Below are positions 28,401 through 42,900 of a stretch of DNA of 64,000 nucleotides, in pieces. Each line of letters begins with the position of its first letter. The first letter of the stretch is position 1. The notes beneath the pieces are model-generated. The model saw only the letters and a list, made by a program, of their open reading frames with translations. It was not told the origin of the DNA and searched no databases. This DNA comes from Eledone cirrhosa (Eukaryota), in the NCBI GenBank assembly GCA_964016885.1, contig OZ024740.1, positions 45,818,001-45,882,000 of the forward strand, in the 5' to 3' direction. The position numbers and the translations under genes are program-made.

Positions 28401-31400
28401 AGATATTGGTGTTGTACAGCAAGAATTAGATATACTGTCTGTTGTTTTATGTAACAAGACATTGGTGTTGTACAGCAAGAATTAGACCTTCTGTCTATTA
28501 TTGTGTGTAACAAGATATTGGTGTTGTACAGCAAGAATTAGATCTACTCTCTGTTGTTGTGTGTAACAAGACATTGGTGTTGTACAGCAAGAATTAGATC
28601 TACTGTCTATTGTTGTATGTAAGAAGATATTGGTGTTGTACAGCAATAATTAGATCTACTGTCTGTTGTTGTGTGTAACAAGATATTGGTGTTGTACAGC
28701 AAGAATTAGATCTACTGTCTATTGTTGTATGTAACAAGACATTGGTGTTGTACAGCAAGAATTAGGCCTACTGTCTATTGTTGTAACAAGACATTGGTGT
28801 TGTACAGCAAGAATTAGACCTACTGTCTGTTGTTGTATGTAACAAGATATTGGTGTTGTACAGCAAGAATTAGACCTACTGTCTTTGTTGTATGTAACAA
28901 GATATTGGTGTTGTACAGCAAGAATTAGACCTACTGTCTATTGTTGTATGTAACAAGATATTGGTGTTGTACAGCAAGAATTAGATCTACTGTCTATTGT
29001 TGTATGTAACAAGATATTGGTGTTGTACAGCAAGAATTAGATCTACTGTCTGTTGTTTTATGTAACAAGATATTGGTGTTGTACAGCAAGAATTAGACCT
29101 ACTGTCTATTATTGTGTGTAACAAGATATTGGTGTCGTACAGCAAGAATTAGATCTACTGTCTGTTGTTTTATGTAACAAGATATTGATGTTGTACAGCA
29201 AGAATTAAACCTACTGTCTATTATTGTGTGTAACAAGATATTGGTGTCGTACAGCAAGAATTAGATCTACTGTCTGTTGTTTTATGTAACAAGATATTGG
29301 TGTTGTACAGCAAGAATTAGGCCTACTGTCTATTGTTGTATGTAACAAGATATTGGTGTTGTACAGCAAGAATTAGATCTACTGTCTGTTGTTGTGTGTA
29401 ACAAGATATTGGTGTTGTACAGCAAGAATTATATCTACTGTCTATTGTTGTATGTAACAAGACGTTGGTTTAGTAGAGCTAGAATTAGATCTACTGTCTA
29501 TTGTTGTATGTAACAAAACATTGGTGTTGTACAGCAAGAATTAGACCTACTGTCTGTTGTTGTATGTAACAAGACGTTGGTGTTGTACAGCAAGAATTAG
29601 GCCTACTGTCTATTGTTGTATGTAACAAGACATTGGTGTTGTACAGCAAGAATTAGGCCTACTGTCTATTGTTGTATGTAAGAAGATATTGGTGTTGTAC
29701 AGCAAGAATTAGATCTACTGTCTGTTGTCGTATGTAACAAGATATTGGTGTTGTACAGCAAGAATTAGGCCTACTGTCTATTGTTGTATGTAAGAAGATA
29801 TTGGTGTTGTACAGCAAGAATTAGACCTACTGTCTGTTGTTGTGTGTAACAAGATATTGGTGTTGTACAGCAAGAATTAGATCTACTGTCTATTGTTGTA
29901 TGTAAGAAGATATTGGTGTTGTACAGCAAGAATTAGATATACTGTCTGTTGTTTTATGTAACAAGACATTGGTGTTGTACAGCAAGAATTAGACCTACTG
30001 TCTGTTGTTGTGTGTAACAAGATATTGGTGTTGTACAGCAAGAATTAGATCTACTCTCTGTTGTTGTGTGTAACAAGACATTGGTGTTGTACAGCAAGAA
30101 TTAGATCTACTGTCTATTGTTGTATGTAAGAAGATATTGGTGTTGTACAGCAATAATTAGATCTACTGTCTGTTGTTGTGTGTAACAAGATATTGGTGTT
30201 GTACAGCAAGAATTAGATCTACTGTCTATTGTTGTATGTAAGAAGATATTGGTGTTGTACAGCAAGAATTAGACCTACTGTCTGTTGTTGTGTGTAACAA
30301 GATATTGGTGTTGTACAGCAAGAATTAGATCTACTGTCTATTGTTGTATGTAACAAGACATTGGTGTTGTACAGCAAGAATTAGGCCTACTGTCTATTGT
30401 TGTAACAAGACATTGGTGTTGTACAGCAAGAATTAGACCTACTGTCTGTTGTTGTATGTAACAAGATATTGGTGTTGTACAGCAAGAATTAGACCTACTG
30501 TCTTTGTTGTATGTAACAAGATATTGGTGTTGTACAGCAAGAATTAGACCTACTGTCTATTGTTGTATGTAACAAGATATTGGTGTTGTACAGCAAGAAT
30601 TAGATCTACTGTCTATTGTTGTATGTAACAAGATATTGGTGTTGTACAGCAAGAATTAGATCTACTGTCTGTTGTTTTATGTAACAAGATATTGGTGTTG
30701 TACAGCAAGAATTAGACCTACTGTCTATTATTGTGTGTAACAAGATATTGGTGTCGTACAGCAAGAATTAGATCTACTGTCTATTGTTGTATGTAAGAAG
30801 ATATTGGTGTTGTACAGCAAGAATTAGACCTACTGTCTGTTGTTGTGTGTAACAAGATATTGGTGTTGTACAGCAAGAATTAGATATACTGTCTGTTGTT
30901 TTATGTAACAAGATATTGTTGTTGTACAGCAAGAATTAGACCTACTGTCTATTATTGTGTGTAACAAGATATTGGTGTTGTACAGCAAGAATTAGATCTA
31001 CTCTCTGTTGTTGTGTGTAACAAGACATTGGTGTTGTACCGCAAGAATTAGATCTACTGTCTATTGTTGTATGTAAGAAGATATTGGTGTTGTACAGCAA
31101 GAATTAGATCTACTGTCTGTTGTTGTGTGTAACAAGATATTGGTGTTGTACAGCAAGAATTAGATCTACTGTCTATTGTTGTATGTAAGAAGATATTGGT
31201 GTTGTACAGCAAGAATTAGACCTACTGTCTGTTGTTGTGTGTAACAAGATATTGGTGTTGTACAGCAAGAATTAGATCTACTGTCTATTGTTGTATGTAA
31301 CAAGACATTGGTGTTGTACAGCAAGAATTAGGCCTACTGTCTATTGTTGTAACAAGACATTGGTGTTGTACAGCAAGAATTAGACCTACTGTCTGTTGTT

Positions 31401-33966
31401 GTATGTAACAGGATTTTGGTGTTGTACAGCAAGAATTAGACCTACTGTCTTTGTTGTATGTAACAAGATATTGGTGTTGTACAGCAAGAATTAGACCTAC
31501 TGTCTATTGTTGTATGTAACAAGATATTGGTGTTGTACAGCAAGAATTAGATCTACTGTCTATTGTTGTATGTAACAAGATATTGGTGTTGTACAGCAAG
31601 AATTAGATCTACTGTCTGTTGTTTTATGTAACAAGATATTGGTGTTGTACAGCAAGAATTAGACCTACTGTCTATTATTGTGTGTAACAAGATATTGGTG
31701 TCGTACAGCAAGAATTAGATCTACTGTCTGTTGTTTTATGTAATAAGATATTGATGTTGTACAGCAAGAATTAGACCTACTGTCTATTATTGTGTGTAAC
31801 AAGATATTGGTGTCGTACAGCAAGAATTAGATCTACTGTCTATTGTTGTATGTAACAAGATATTGGTGTTGTACAGCAAGAATTAGATCTACTGTCTGTT
31901 GTTTTATGTAACAAGATATTGGTGTTGTACAGCAAGAATTAGGCCTACTGTCTATTGTTGTATGTAACAAGATATTGGTGTTGTACAGCAAGAATTAGAT
32001 CTACTGTCTATTGTTGTATGTAACAAGATATTGGTGTTGTACAGCAAGAATTAGGCCTACTGTCTGTTGTTGTATGTAACAAGATATTGGTGTTGTACTG
32101 CAAGAATTAGGCCTACTGTCTATTGTTGTATGTAACAAGATATTGGTGTTGTGCAGTAAGAATTAGATCTACTGTCTGTTGTTGTGTGTAACAAGATATT
32201 GGTGTTGTACAGCAAGAATTAGATCTACTGTCTATTGTTGTATGTAAGAAGATATTGGTGTTGTACAGCAAGAATTAGACCTACTGTCTGTTGTTGTGTG
32301 TAACAAGATATTGGTGTTGTACAGCAAGAATTAGATCTACTGTATATTGTTGTGTGTAACAAGACATTGGTGTCGTACAGCAAGAATTAGATCTACTGTC
32401 TATAATTGTATGTAAGAAGATATTGGTGTTGTACAGCAAGAATTAGATCTACTGTCTGTTGTTGTGTGTAACAAGATATTGGTGTTGTACAGCAAGAATT
32501 AGATCTACTGTCTATTGTTGTATGTAAGAAGATATTGGTGTTGTACAGCAAGAATTAGACCTACTGTCTGTTGTTGTGTGTAACAAGATATTGGTGTTGT
32601 ACAGCAAGAATTAGATCTACTGTCTATTGTTGTATGTAACAAGACATTGGTGTTGTACATCAAGAATTAGGCCTACTGTCTATTGTTGTAACAAGACATT
32701 GGTGTTGTACAGCAAGAATTAGACCTACTGTCTATTGTTGTATGTAACAAGATATTGGTGTTGTACAGCAAGAATTAGATCTACTGTCTATTGTTGTATG
32801 TAACAAGATATTGGTGTTGTACAGCAAGAATTAGATCTACTGTCTGTTGTTTTATGTAACAAGATATTGGTGTTGTACAGCAAGAATTAGACCTACTGTC
32901 TATTATTGTGTGTAACAAGATATTGCTGTCGTACAGCAAGAATTAGATCTACTGTCTGTTGTTTTATGTAATAAGATATTGATGTTGTACAGCAAGAATT
33001 AGACCTACTGTCTATTATTTTGTGTAACAAGATATTGGTGTCGTACAGCAAGAATTAGATCTACTGTCTATTGTTGTATGTAACAAGATATTGGTGTTGT
33101 ACAGCAAGAATTAGATCTACTGTCTGTTGTTTTATGTAAGAAGATATTGGTGTTGTACAGCAAGAATTAGATATACTGTTTGTTGTTTTATGTAACAAGA
33201 TATTGGTGTTGTACAGCAAGAATTAGATCTACTGTCTATTGTTGTATGTAACAAGATATTGGTGTTGTACAGCAAGAATTAGGCCTACTGTCTGTTGTTG
33301 TATGTAACAAGATATTGGTGTTGTACTGCAAGAATTAGACCTACTGTCTATTGTTGTATGTAACAAGATATTGGTGTTGTACAGCAAGAATTAGATCTAC
33401 TGTCTGTTGTTGTGTGTAACAAGATATTGGTGTTGTACAGCAAGAATTAGATCTACTGTCTATTGTTGTATGTAACAAGATATTGGTGTTGTACAGCAAG
33501 AATTAGACCTACTGTCTGTTGTTGTGTGTAACAAGATATTGGTGTTGTACAGCAAGAATTAGATCTACTGTCTGTTGTTGTGTGTAACAAGACATTGGTG
33601 TTGTACAGCAAGAATTAGATCTACTGTCTATTATTGTATGTAAGAAGATATTGGTGTTGTACAGCAAGAATTAGATCTACTGTCTGTTGTTGTGTGTAAC
33701 AAGATATTGGTGTTGTACAGCAAGAATTAGATCTACTGTCTATTGTTGTATGTAAGAAGAAATTGGTGTTGTACAGCAAGAATTAGATCTACTGTCTATT
33801 GTTGTATGTAACAAGACATTTGTGTTGTACAGCAAGAATTAGGCCTACTGTCCATTGTTGTAACAAGACATTGGTGTTGTACAGCAAGAATTAGACCTAC
33901 TGTCTGTTGTTGTATGTAACAAGATATTGGTGTTGTACAGCAAAAATTAGACCTACTGTCTTTGTT

Positions 33967-36900
33967 GTATGTAACAAGATATTGGTGTTGTACAGCAAGA
34001 ATTAGACCTACTGTCTATTGTTGTATGTAACAAGATATTGGTGTTGTACAGCAAGAATTAGATCTACTGTCTATTGTTGTATGTAACAAGATATTGGTGT
34101 TGTACAGCAAGAATTAGATCTACTGTCTGTTGTTTTATGTAACAAGATATTGGTGTCGTACAGCAAGAATTAGACCTACTGTCTATTATTGTGTGTAACA
34201 AGATATTGGTGTCGTACAGCAAGAATTAGATCTACTGTCTGTTGTTTTATGTAACAGGATATTGATGTTGTACAGCAAGAATTAGACCTACTGTCTATTA
34301 TTGTGTGTAACAAGATATTGGTGTCGTACAGCAAGAATTAGATCTACTGTCTGTTGTTTTATGTAACAAGATATTGGTGTTGTACAGCAAGAATTAGACC
34401 TACTGTCTGTTGTTGTATGTAACAAGATATTGGTGTTGTACAGCAAGAATTAGACCTACTGTCTTTGTTGTATGTAACAAGATATTGGTGTTGTACAGCA
34501 AGAATTAGACCTACTGTCTATCGTTGTATGTAACAAGATATTGGTGTTGTACAGCAAGAATTAGATCTACTGTCTGTTGTTTTATGTAACACGATATTGG
34601 TGTTGTACAGCAAGAATTAGACCTACTGTCTATTATTGTGTGTAACAAGATATTGGTGTCGTACAGCAAGAATTAGATCTACTGTCTGTTGTTTTATGCA
34701 ACAAGATATTGATGTTGTACAGCAAGAATTAGACCTACTGTCTATTATTGTGTGTAACAAGATATTGGTGTCGTACAGCAAGAATTAGATCTACTGTCTG
34801 TTGTTTTATGTAACAAGATATTGGTGTTGTACAGCAAGAATTAGGCCTACTGTCTATTGTTGTATGTAACAAGATATTGGTGTTGTACAGCAAGAATTAG
34901 ATCTACTGTCTATTGTTGTATGTAACAAGATATTGGTGTTGTACAGCAAGAATTAGACCTACTGTCTATTATTGTGTGTAACAAGATATTGGTGTTGTAC
35001 AGCAAGAATTAGATCTACTCTCTGTTGTTGTGTGTAACAAGACATTGGTGTTGTACAGCAAGAATTAGATCTACTGTCTATTGTTGTATGTAAGAAGATA
35101 TTGGTGTTGTACAGCAAGAATTAGATCTACTGTCTGTTGTTGTGTGTAACAAGATATTGGTGTTGTACAGCAAGAATTAGATCTACTGTCTATTGTTGTA
35201 TGTAAGAAGATATTGGTGTTGTACAGCAAGAATTAGACCTACTGTCTGTTGTTGTATGTAACAAGATATTGGTGTTGTACAGCAAGAATTAGACCTACTG
35301 TCTTTGTTGTATGTAACAAGATATTGGTGTTGTACAGCAAGAATTAGACCTACTGTCTATTGTTGTATGTAACAAGATATTGGTGTTGTACAGCAAGAAT
35401 TAGATCTACTGTCTATTGTTGTATGTAACAAGATATTGGTGTTGTACAGCAAGAATTAGATCTACTGTCTGTTGTTTTATGTAACAAGATATTGGTGTTG
35501 TACAGCAAGAATTAGACCTACTGTCTATTACTGTGTGTAACAAGATATTGGTGTCGTACAGCAAGAATTAGATCTACTGTCTGTTGTTTTATGTAACAAG
35601 ATATTGATGTTGTACAGCAAGAATTAGACCTACTGTCTATTATTGTGTGTAACAAGATATTGGTGTCGTACAGCAAGAATTAGATCTACTGTCTGTTGTT
35701 TTATGTAACAAGATATTGGTGTTGTACAGCAAGAATTAGACCTACTGTCTATTGTTGTATGTAACAAGATATTGGTGTTGTACAGCAAGAATTAGATCTA
35801 CTGTCTATTGTTGTATGTAACAAGATATTGGTGTTGTACAGCAAGAATTAGATCTACTGTCTGTTGTTTTATGTAACAAGATATTGGTGTTGTACAGCAA
35901 GAATTAGACCTACTGTCTATTATTGTGTGTAACAAGATATTGGTGTCGTACAGCAAGAATTAGATCTACTGTCTGTTGTTTTATGTAACAAGATATTGAT
36001 GTTGTACAGCAAGAATTAGACCTACTGTCTATTATTGTGTGTAACAAGATATTGGTGTCGTACAGCAAGAATTAGATCTACCGTCTATTGTTGTATGTAA
36101 CAAGATATTGGTGTTGTACAGCAAGAATTAGATCTACTGTCTGTTGTTTTATCTAACAAGATATTGGTGTTGTACAGCAAGAATTAGGCCTACTGTCTAT
36201 TGTTGTATGTAACAAGATATTGGTGTTGTACAGCAAGAATTAGATCTACTGTCTATTGTTGTATGTAACAAGATATTGGTGTTGTACAGCAAGAATTAGG
36301 CCTACTGTCTGTTGTTGTATGTAACAAGATATTGGTGTTGTACTGCAAGAATTAGACCTACTGTCTATTGTTGTATGTAACAAGATATTGGTGTTGTACA
36401 GCAAGAATTTGATCTACTGTCTGTTGTTGTGTGTAACAAGATATTGGTGTTGTACAGCAAGAATTAGATCTACTGTCTATTGTTGTATGTAAGAAGATAT
36501 TGGTGTTGTACAGCAAGAATTAGACCTACTGTCTGTTGTTGTGTGTAACAAGATATTGGTGTTGTACAGCAAGAATTATATCTACTGTCTATTGTTGTAT
36601 GTAAGAAGATATTGGTGTTGTACAGCAAGAATTATATATACTGTCTGTTGTTTTATGTAACAAGATATTGGTGTTGTACAGCAAGAATTAGACCTACTGT
36701 CTATTATTGTGTGTAACAAGATATTGGTGTTGTACAGCAAGAATTAGATCTACTGTCTGTTGTTGTGTGTAACAAGACATTGGTGTTGTACAGCAAGAAT
36801 TAGATCTACTGTCTATTGTTGTATGTAAGAAGATATTGGTGTTGTACAGCAAGAATTAGATCTACTGTCTGTTGTTGTGTGTAACAAGATATTGGTGTTG

Positions 36901-39900
36901 TACAGCAAGAATTAGATCTACTGTCTATTGTTGTATGTAAGAAGATATTGGTGTTGTACAGCAAGAATTAGACCTACTGTCTGTTGTTGTGTGTAACAAG
37001 ATATTGGTGTTGTACAGCAAGAATTAGATCTACTGTCTATTGTTGTATGTAACAAGACATTGGTGTTGTACAGCAAGAATTAGGCCTACTGTCTATTGTT
37101 GTAACAAGACATTGGTGTTGTACAGCAAGAATTAGACCTACTGTCTGTTGTTGTATGTAACAAGATATTGATTTTGTACAGCAAGAATTAGATCTACTGT
37201 CTGTTGTTTTATGTAACAAGATATTGGTGTTGTACAGCAAGAATTAGACCTACTGTCTATTATTGTGTGTAACAAGATATTGGTGTCGTACAGCAAGAAT
37301 TAGATCTACTGTCTGTTGTTTTATGTAACAAGATATTGATGTTGTACAGCAAGAATTAGACCTACTGTCTATTATTGTGTGTAACAAGATATTGGTGTCG
37401 TACAGCAAGAATTAGATCTACTGTCTATTGTTGTATGTAACAAGATATTGGTGTTGTACAGCAAGAATTAGATCTACTGTCTGTTGTTTTATCTAACAAG
37501 ATATTGGTGTTGTACAGCAAGAATTAGGCCTACTGTCTATTGTTGTATGTAACAAGATATTGGTGTTGTACAGCAAGAATTAAATCTACTGTCTATTGTT
37601 GTATGTAACAAGATATTGGTGTTGTACAGCAAGAATTAGGCCTACTGTCTGTTGTTGTATGTAACAAGATATTGGTGTTGTACTGCAAGAATTAGACCTA
37701 CTGTCTATTGTTGTATGTAACAGGATATTGGTGTTGTACAGCAAGAATTAGATCTACTGTCTGTTGTTGTGTGTAACAAGATATTGGTGTTGTACAGCAA
37801 GAATTAGATCTACTGTCTATTGTTGTATGTAAGAAGATATTGGTGTTGTACAGCAAGAATTAGACCTACTGTCTGTTGTTGTGTGTAACAAGATATTGGT
37901 GTTGTACAGCAAGAATTAGATCTACTGTCTATTGTTGTATGTAACAAGACATTGGTGTTGTACAGCAAGAATTAGGCCTACTGTCTATTGTTGTAACAAG
38001 ACATTGGTGTTGTACAGCAAGAATTAGACCTACTGTCTGTTGTTGTATGTAACAAGATATTGGTGTTGTACAGCAAGAATTAGACCTACTGTCTTTGTTG
38101 TATGTAACAAGATATTGGTGTTGTACAGCAAGAATTAGACCTACTGTCTATTGTTGTATGTAACAAGATATTGGTGTTGTACAGCAAGAATTAGATCTAC
38201 TGTCTATTGTTGTATGTAACAAGATATTGGTGTTGTACAGCAAGAATTAGATCTACTGTCTGTTGTTTTATGTAACAAGATATTGGTGTTGTACAGCAAG
38301 AATTAGACCTACTGTCTATTATTGTGTGTAACAAGATATTGGTGTCGTACAGCAAGAATTAGATCTACTGTCTGTTGTTTTATGTAACAAGATATTGATG
38401 TTGTACAGCAAGAATTAGACCTACTGTCTATTATTGTGTGTAACAAGATATTGGTGTCGTACAGCAAGAATTAGATCTACTGTCTATTGTTGTATGTAAC
38501 AAGATATTGGTGTTGTACAGCAAGAATTAGATCTACTGTCTGTTGTTTTATCTAACAAGATATTGGTGTTGTACAGCAAGAATTAGATCTACTGTCTATT
38601 GTTGTATGTAACAAGATATTGGTGTTGTACAGCAAGAATTAGGCCTACTGTCTGTTGTTGTATGTAACAAGATATTGGTGTTGTACTGCAAGAATTAGAC
38701 CTACTGTCTATTGTTGTATGTAATAAGATATTGGTGTTGTACAGCAAGAATTAGATCTACTGTCTGTTGTTGTGTGTAACAAGATATTGGTGTTGTACAG
38801 CAAGAATTAGATCTACTGTCTATTGTTGTATGTAAGAAGATATTGGTGTTGTACAGCAAGAATTAGACCTACTGTCTGTTGTTGTGTGTAACAAGATATT
38901 GGTGTTGTACAGCAAGAATTAGATCTACTGTCTATTGTTGTATGTAAGAAGATATTGGTGTTGTACAGCAAGAATTAGATATACTGTCTGTTGTTTTATG
39001 TAACAAGATATTGGTGTTGTACAGCAAGAATTAGACCTACTGTCTATTATTGTGTGTAACAAGATATTGGTGTTGTACAGCAAGAATTAGATCTACTGTG
39101 TGTTGTTGTGTGTAACAAGACATTGGTGTTGTACAGCAAGAATTAGATCTAATGTCTATTGTTGTATGTAAGAAGATATTGGTGTTGTACAGCAAGAATT
39201 AGATCTACTGTCTGTTGTTGTGTGTAACAAGATATTGGTGTTGTACAGCAAGAATTAGATCTACTGTCTATTGTTGTATGTAAGAAGATATTGGTGTTGT
39301 ACAGCAAGAATTAGACCTACTGTCTGTTGTTGTGTGTAACAAGATATTGGTGTTGTACAGCAAGAATTAGATCTACTGTCTATTGTTGTATGTAACAAGA
39401 CATTGGTGTTGTACAGCAAGAATTAGGCCTACTGTCTATTGTTGTAACAAGACATTGGTGTTGTACAGCAAGAATTAGACCTACTGTCTGTTGTTGTATG
39501 TAACAAGATATTGGTGTTGTACAGCAAGAATTAGACCTACTGTCTTTGTTGTATGTAACAAGATATTGGTGTTGTACAGCAAGAATTAGACCTACTGTCT
39601 ATTGTTGTATGTAACAAGATATTGGTGTTGTACAGCAAGAATTAGATCTACTGTCTATTGTTGTATGTAACAAGATATTGGTGTTGTACAGCAACAATTA
39701 GATCTACTGTCTGTTGTTTTATGTAACAAGATATTGGTGTTGTACAGCAAGAATTAGACCTACTGTCTATTATTGTGTGTAACAAGATATTGGTGTCGTA
39801 CAGCAAGAATTAGATCTACTGTCTGTTGTTTTATGTAACAAGATATTGATGTTGTACAGCAAGAATTAGACCTACTGTCTATTATTGTGTGTAACAAGAT

Positions 39901-42900
39901 ATTGGTGTCGTACAGCAAGAATTAGATCTACTGTCTGTTGTTTTATGTAACAAGATATTGGTGTTATACAGCAAGAATTAGGCCTACTGTCTATTGTTGT
40001 ATGTAACAAGATATTGGTGTTGTACAGCAAGAATTAGATCTACTGTCTATTGTTGTATGTAACAAGATATTGGTGCTGTACAGCAAGAATTAGGCCTACT
40101 GTCTGTTGTTGTATGTAACAAGATATTGGTGTTGTGCTGCAAGAATTAGACCTACTGTCTATTGTTGTATGTAACAAGATATTGGTGTTGTACAGCAAGA
40201 ATTAGATCTACTGTCTGTTGTTGTGTGTAACAAGATATTGGTGTTGTACAGCAAGAATTAGATCTACTGTCTATTGTTGTATGTAACAAGACGTTGCTGT
40301 TGTACTGCAAGAATTAGAGCTACTATCCATTGTTGTGTGTAACAAGATATTGATGTTGTACAGCAAGAATTAGATCTACTGTCTATTGTTGTATGAACAA
40401 GACATTGGTGTTGTACAGCAAGAATTAGGCCTACTGTCTATTGTTGTATGTAACAAGATGTTGGTGTTGTAGAGCTAGAATTAGATCTACTGTCTATTGT
40501 TGTATGTAACAAAACATTGGTGTTGTACAGCAAGAATTAGACCTACTGTCTATTGTTGTGTGTAACAAGATATTGGTGTTGTACAGCAAGAATTAGACCT
40601 ACTGTCTATTGTTGTATGTAACAAGATATTGCTGTTGTACTGCAAGAATTAGAGCTACTATCTATTGTTGTGTGTAACAAGATATTGATGTTGTACAGCA
40701 AGAATTAGATCTACTGTCTATTGTTGTATGAACAAGACATTGGTGTTGTACAGCAAGAATTAGGCCTACTGTCTATTGTTGTATGTAACAAGACGTTGGT
40801 GTTGTAGAGCTAGAATTAGATCTACTGTCTATTGTTGTATGTAACAAAACATTGGTGTTGTACAGCAAGAATTAGACCTACTGTCTATTGTTGTGTGTAA
40901 CAAGATATTGGTGTTGTACAGCAAGAATTAGACCTACTGTCTATTGTTGTATGTAACAAGATATTGCTGTTGTACAGCAAGAATTAGAGCTACTATCTAT
41001 TGTTGTGTGTAACAAGATATTGATTTTGTACAGCAAGAATTAGATCTACTGTCTATTGTTGTATGAACAAGACATTGATGTTGTACAGCAAGAATTAGAT
41101 CTACTGTCTATTGTTGTGTGTAACAAGACATTGGTGTTGTACAGCAAGAATTAGATCTACTGTCTATTGTTGTGTGTAACAAGACTTGGTGTTGTACAGC
41201 AAGAATTAGGCCTACTGTCTATTGTTGTATGTAACAAGATATTGGTGTTGTACAGCAAGAATTAGATCTACTGTCTATTGTTGTATGTAACAAGACATTG
41301 GTGTTGTACAGCAAGAATTAGATCTACTGTCTATTGTTGTGTGTAACAAGATATTGGTGTTGTACAGCAAGAATTAGGCCTACTGTCTATTGTTGTAATT
41401 AGACATTCGTGTTGTACAGCAAGAATTAGATGTATTGTCTATTGTTGTATGTAACAAGACGTTGGTGTTGTACAGCAAGAATTAGACCTACTGTCTGTTG
41501 TTGTATGTAACAAGACATTGGTGTTGTACAGCAAGAATTAGATCTACTGTCTATTGTTGTGTGTAACAAGATATTGGTGTTGTACAGCAAGAATTAGACC
41601 TACTGTCTATTGTTGTGTGTAACAAGATATTGGTGTTGTACAGCAAGAATTAGATCTACTGTCTGTTGTCGTATGTAACAAGATATTGGTGTTGTACAGC
41701 AAGAATTAGACCTACTGTCTATTGTTGTATGTAACAAGATATTGGTGTTGTACAGCAAGAATTAGATCTACTGTCTATTGTTGTATGTAACAAGATATTG
41801 GTGTTGTACAGCAAGAATTAGATCTACTGTCTGTTGTTTTATGTAACAAGATATTGGTGTCGTACAGCAAGAATTAGACCTACTGTCTATTATTGTGTGT
41901 AACAAGATATTGGTGTCGTACAGCAAGAATTAGATCTACTGTCTGTTGTTTTATGTAACAGGATATTGATGTTGTACAGCAAGAATTAGACCTACTGTCT
42001 ATTATTGTGTGTAACAAGATATTGGTGTCGTACAGCAAGAATTAGATCTACTGTCTGTTGTTTTATGTAACAAGATATTGGTGTTGTACAGCAAGAATTA
42101 GACCTACTGTCTGTTGTTGTATGTAACAAGATATTGGTGTTGTACAGCAAGAATTAGACCTACTGTCTTTGTTGTATGTAACAAGATATTGGTGTTGTAC
42201 AGCAAGAATTAGACCTACTGTCTATCGTTGTATGTAACAAGATATTGGTGTTGTACAGCAAGAATTAGATCTACTGTCTGTTGTTTTATGTAACACGATA
42301 TTGGTGTTGTACAGCAAGAATTAGACCTACTGTCTATTATTGTGTGTAACAAGATATTGGTGTCGTACAGCAAGAATTAGATCTACTGTCTGTTGTTTTA
42401 TGCAACAAGATATTGATGTTGTACAGCAAGAATTAGACCTACTGTCTATTATTGTGTGTAACAAGATATTGGTGTCGTACAGCAAGAATTAGATCTACTG
42501 TCTGTTGTTTTATGTAACAAGATATTGGTGTTGTACAGCAAGAATTAGGCCTACTGTCTATTGTTGTATGTAACAAGATATTGGTGTTGTACAGCAAGAA
42601 TTAGATCTACTGTCTATTGTTGTATGTAACAAGATATTGGTGTTGTACAGCAAGAATTAGACCTACTGTCTATTATTGTGTGTAACAAGATATTGGTGTT
42701 GTACAGCAAGAATTAGATCTACTCTCTGTTGTTGTGTGTAACAAGACATTGGTGTTGTACAGCAAGAATTAGATCTACTGTCTATTGTTGTATGTAAGAA
42801 GATATTGGTGTTGTACAGCAAGAATTAGATCTACTGTCTGTTGTTGTGTGTAACAAGATATTGGTGTTGTACAGCAAGAATTAGATCTACTGTCTATTGT

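Larger units (their letters stand above)
1..40260 (+). repeat. Left domain: variable-length higher-order repeat (~26-29 monomers, ~1.45-1.62 kb, with truncated forms)
   Basis: A marker cassette recurs: a 52-bp GGCC monomer (ctattgttgtaacaagac, ATGT deleted), with a 55-bp monomer (gtctttgttg) usually two units later. It lies near 590, 4000, 5505, 7795, 8742, 15162, 16612, 25713, 28784, 30403, 37994 and 39445, among others. Spacings include 1506 (tcgtaagcaa at 4462 and 5968), 1451 and 1619 bp. Confidence 0.8.

Noticed and set aside
37037-37240. 67-aa minus-strand ORF (identical copy at 44741-44944)
   Set aside because: It is a translation of satellite monomers. 56 is not a multiple of 3 and the monomer has near-invariant stops, so the frame stays open only because a 4-bp deletion monomer skips them. 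It starts at a non-ATG codon, and the second copy reflects the 7,704-bp duplication.
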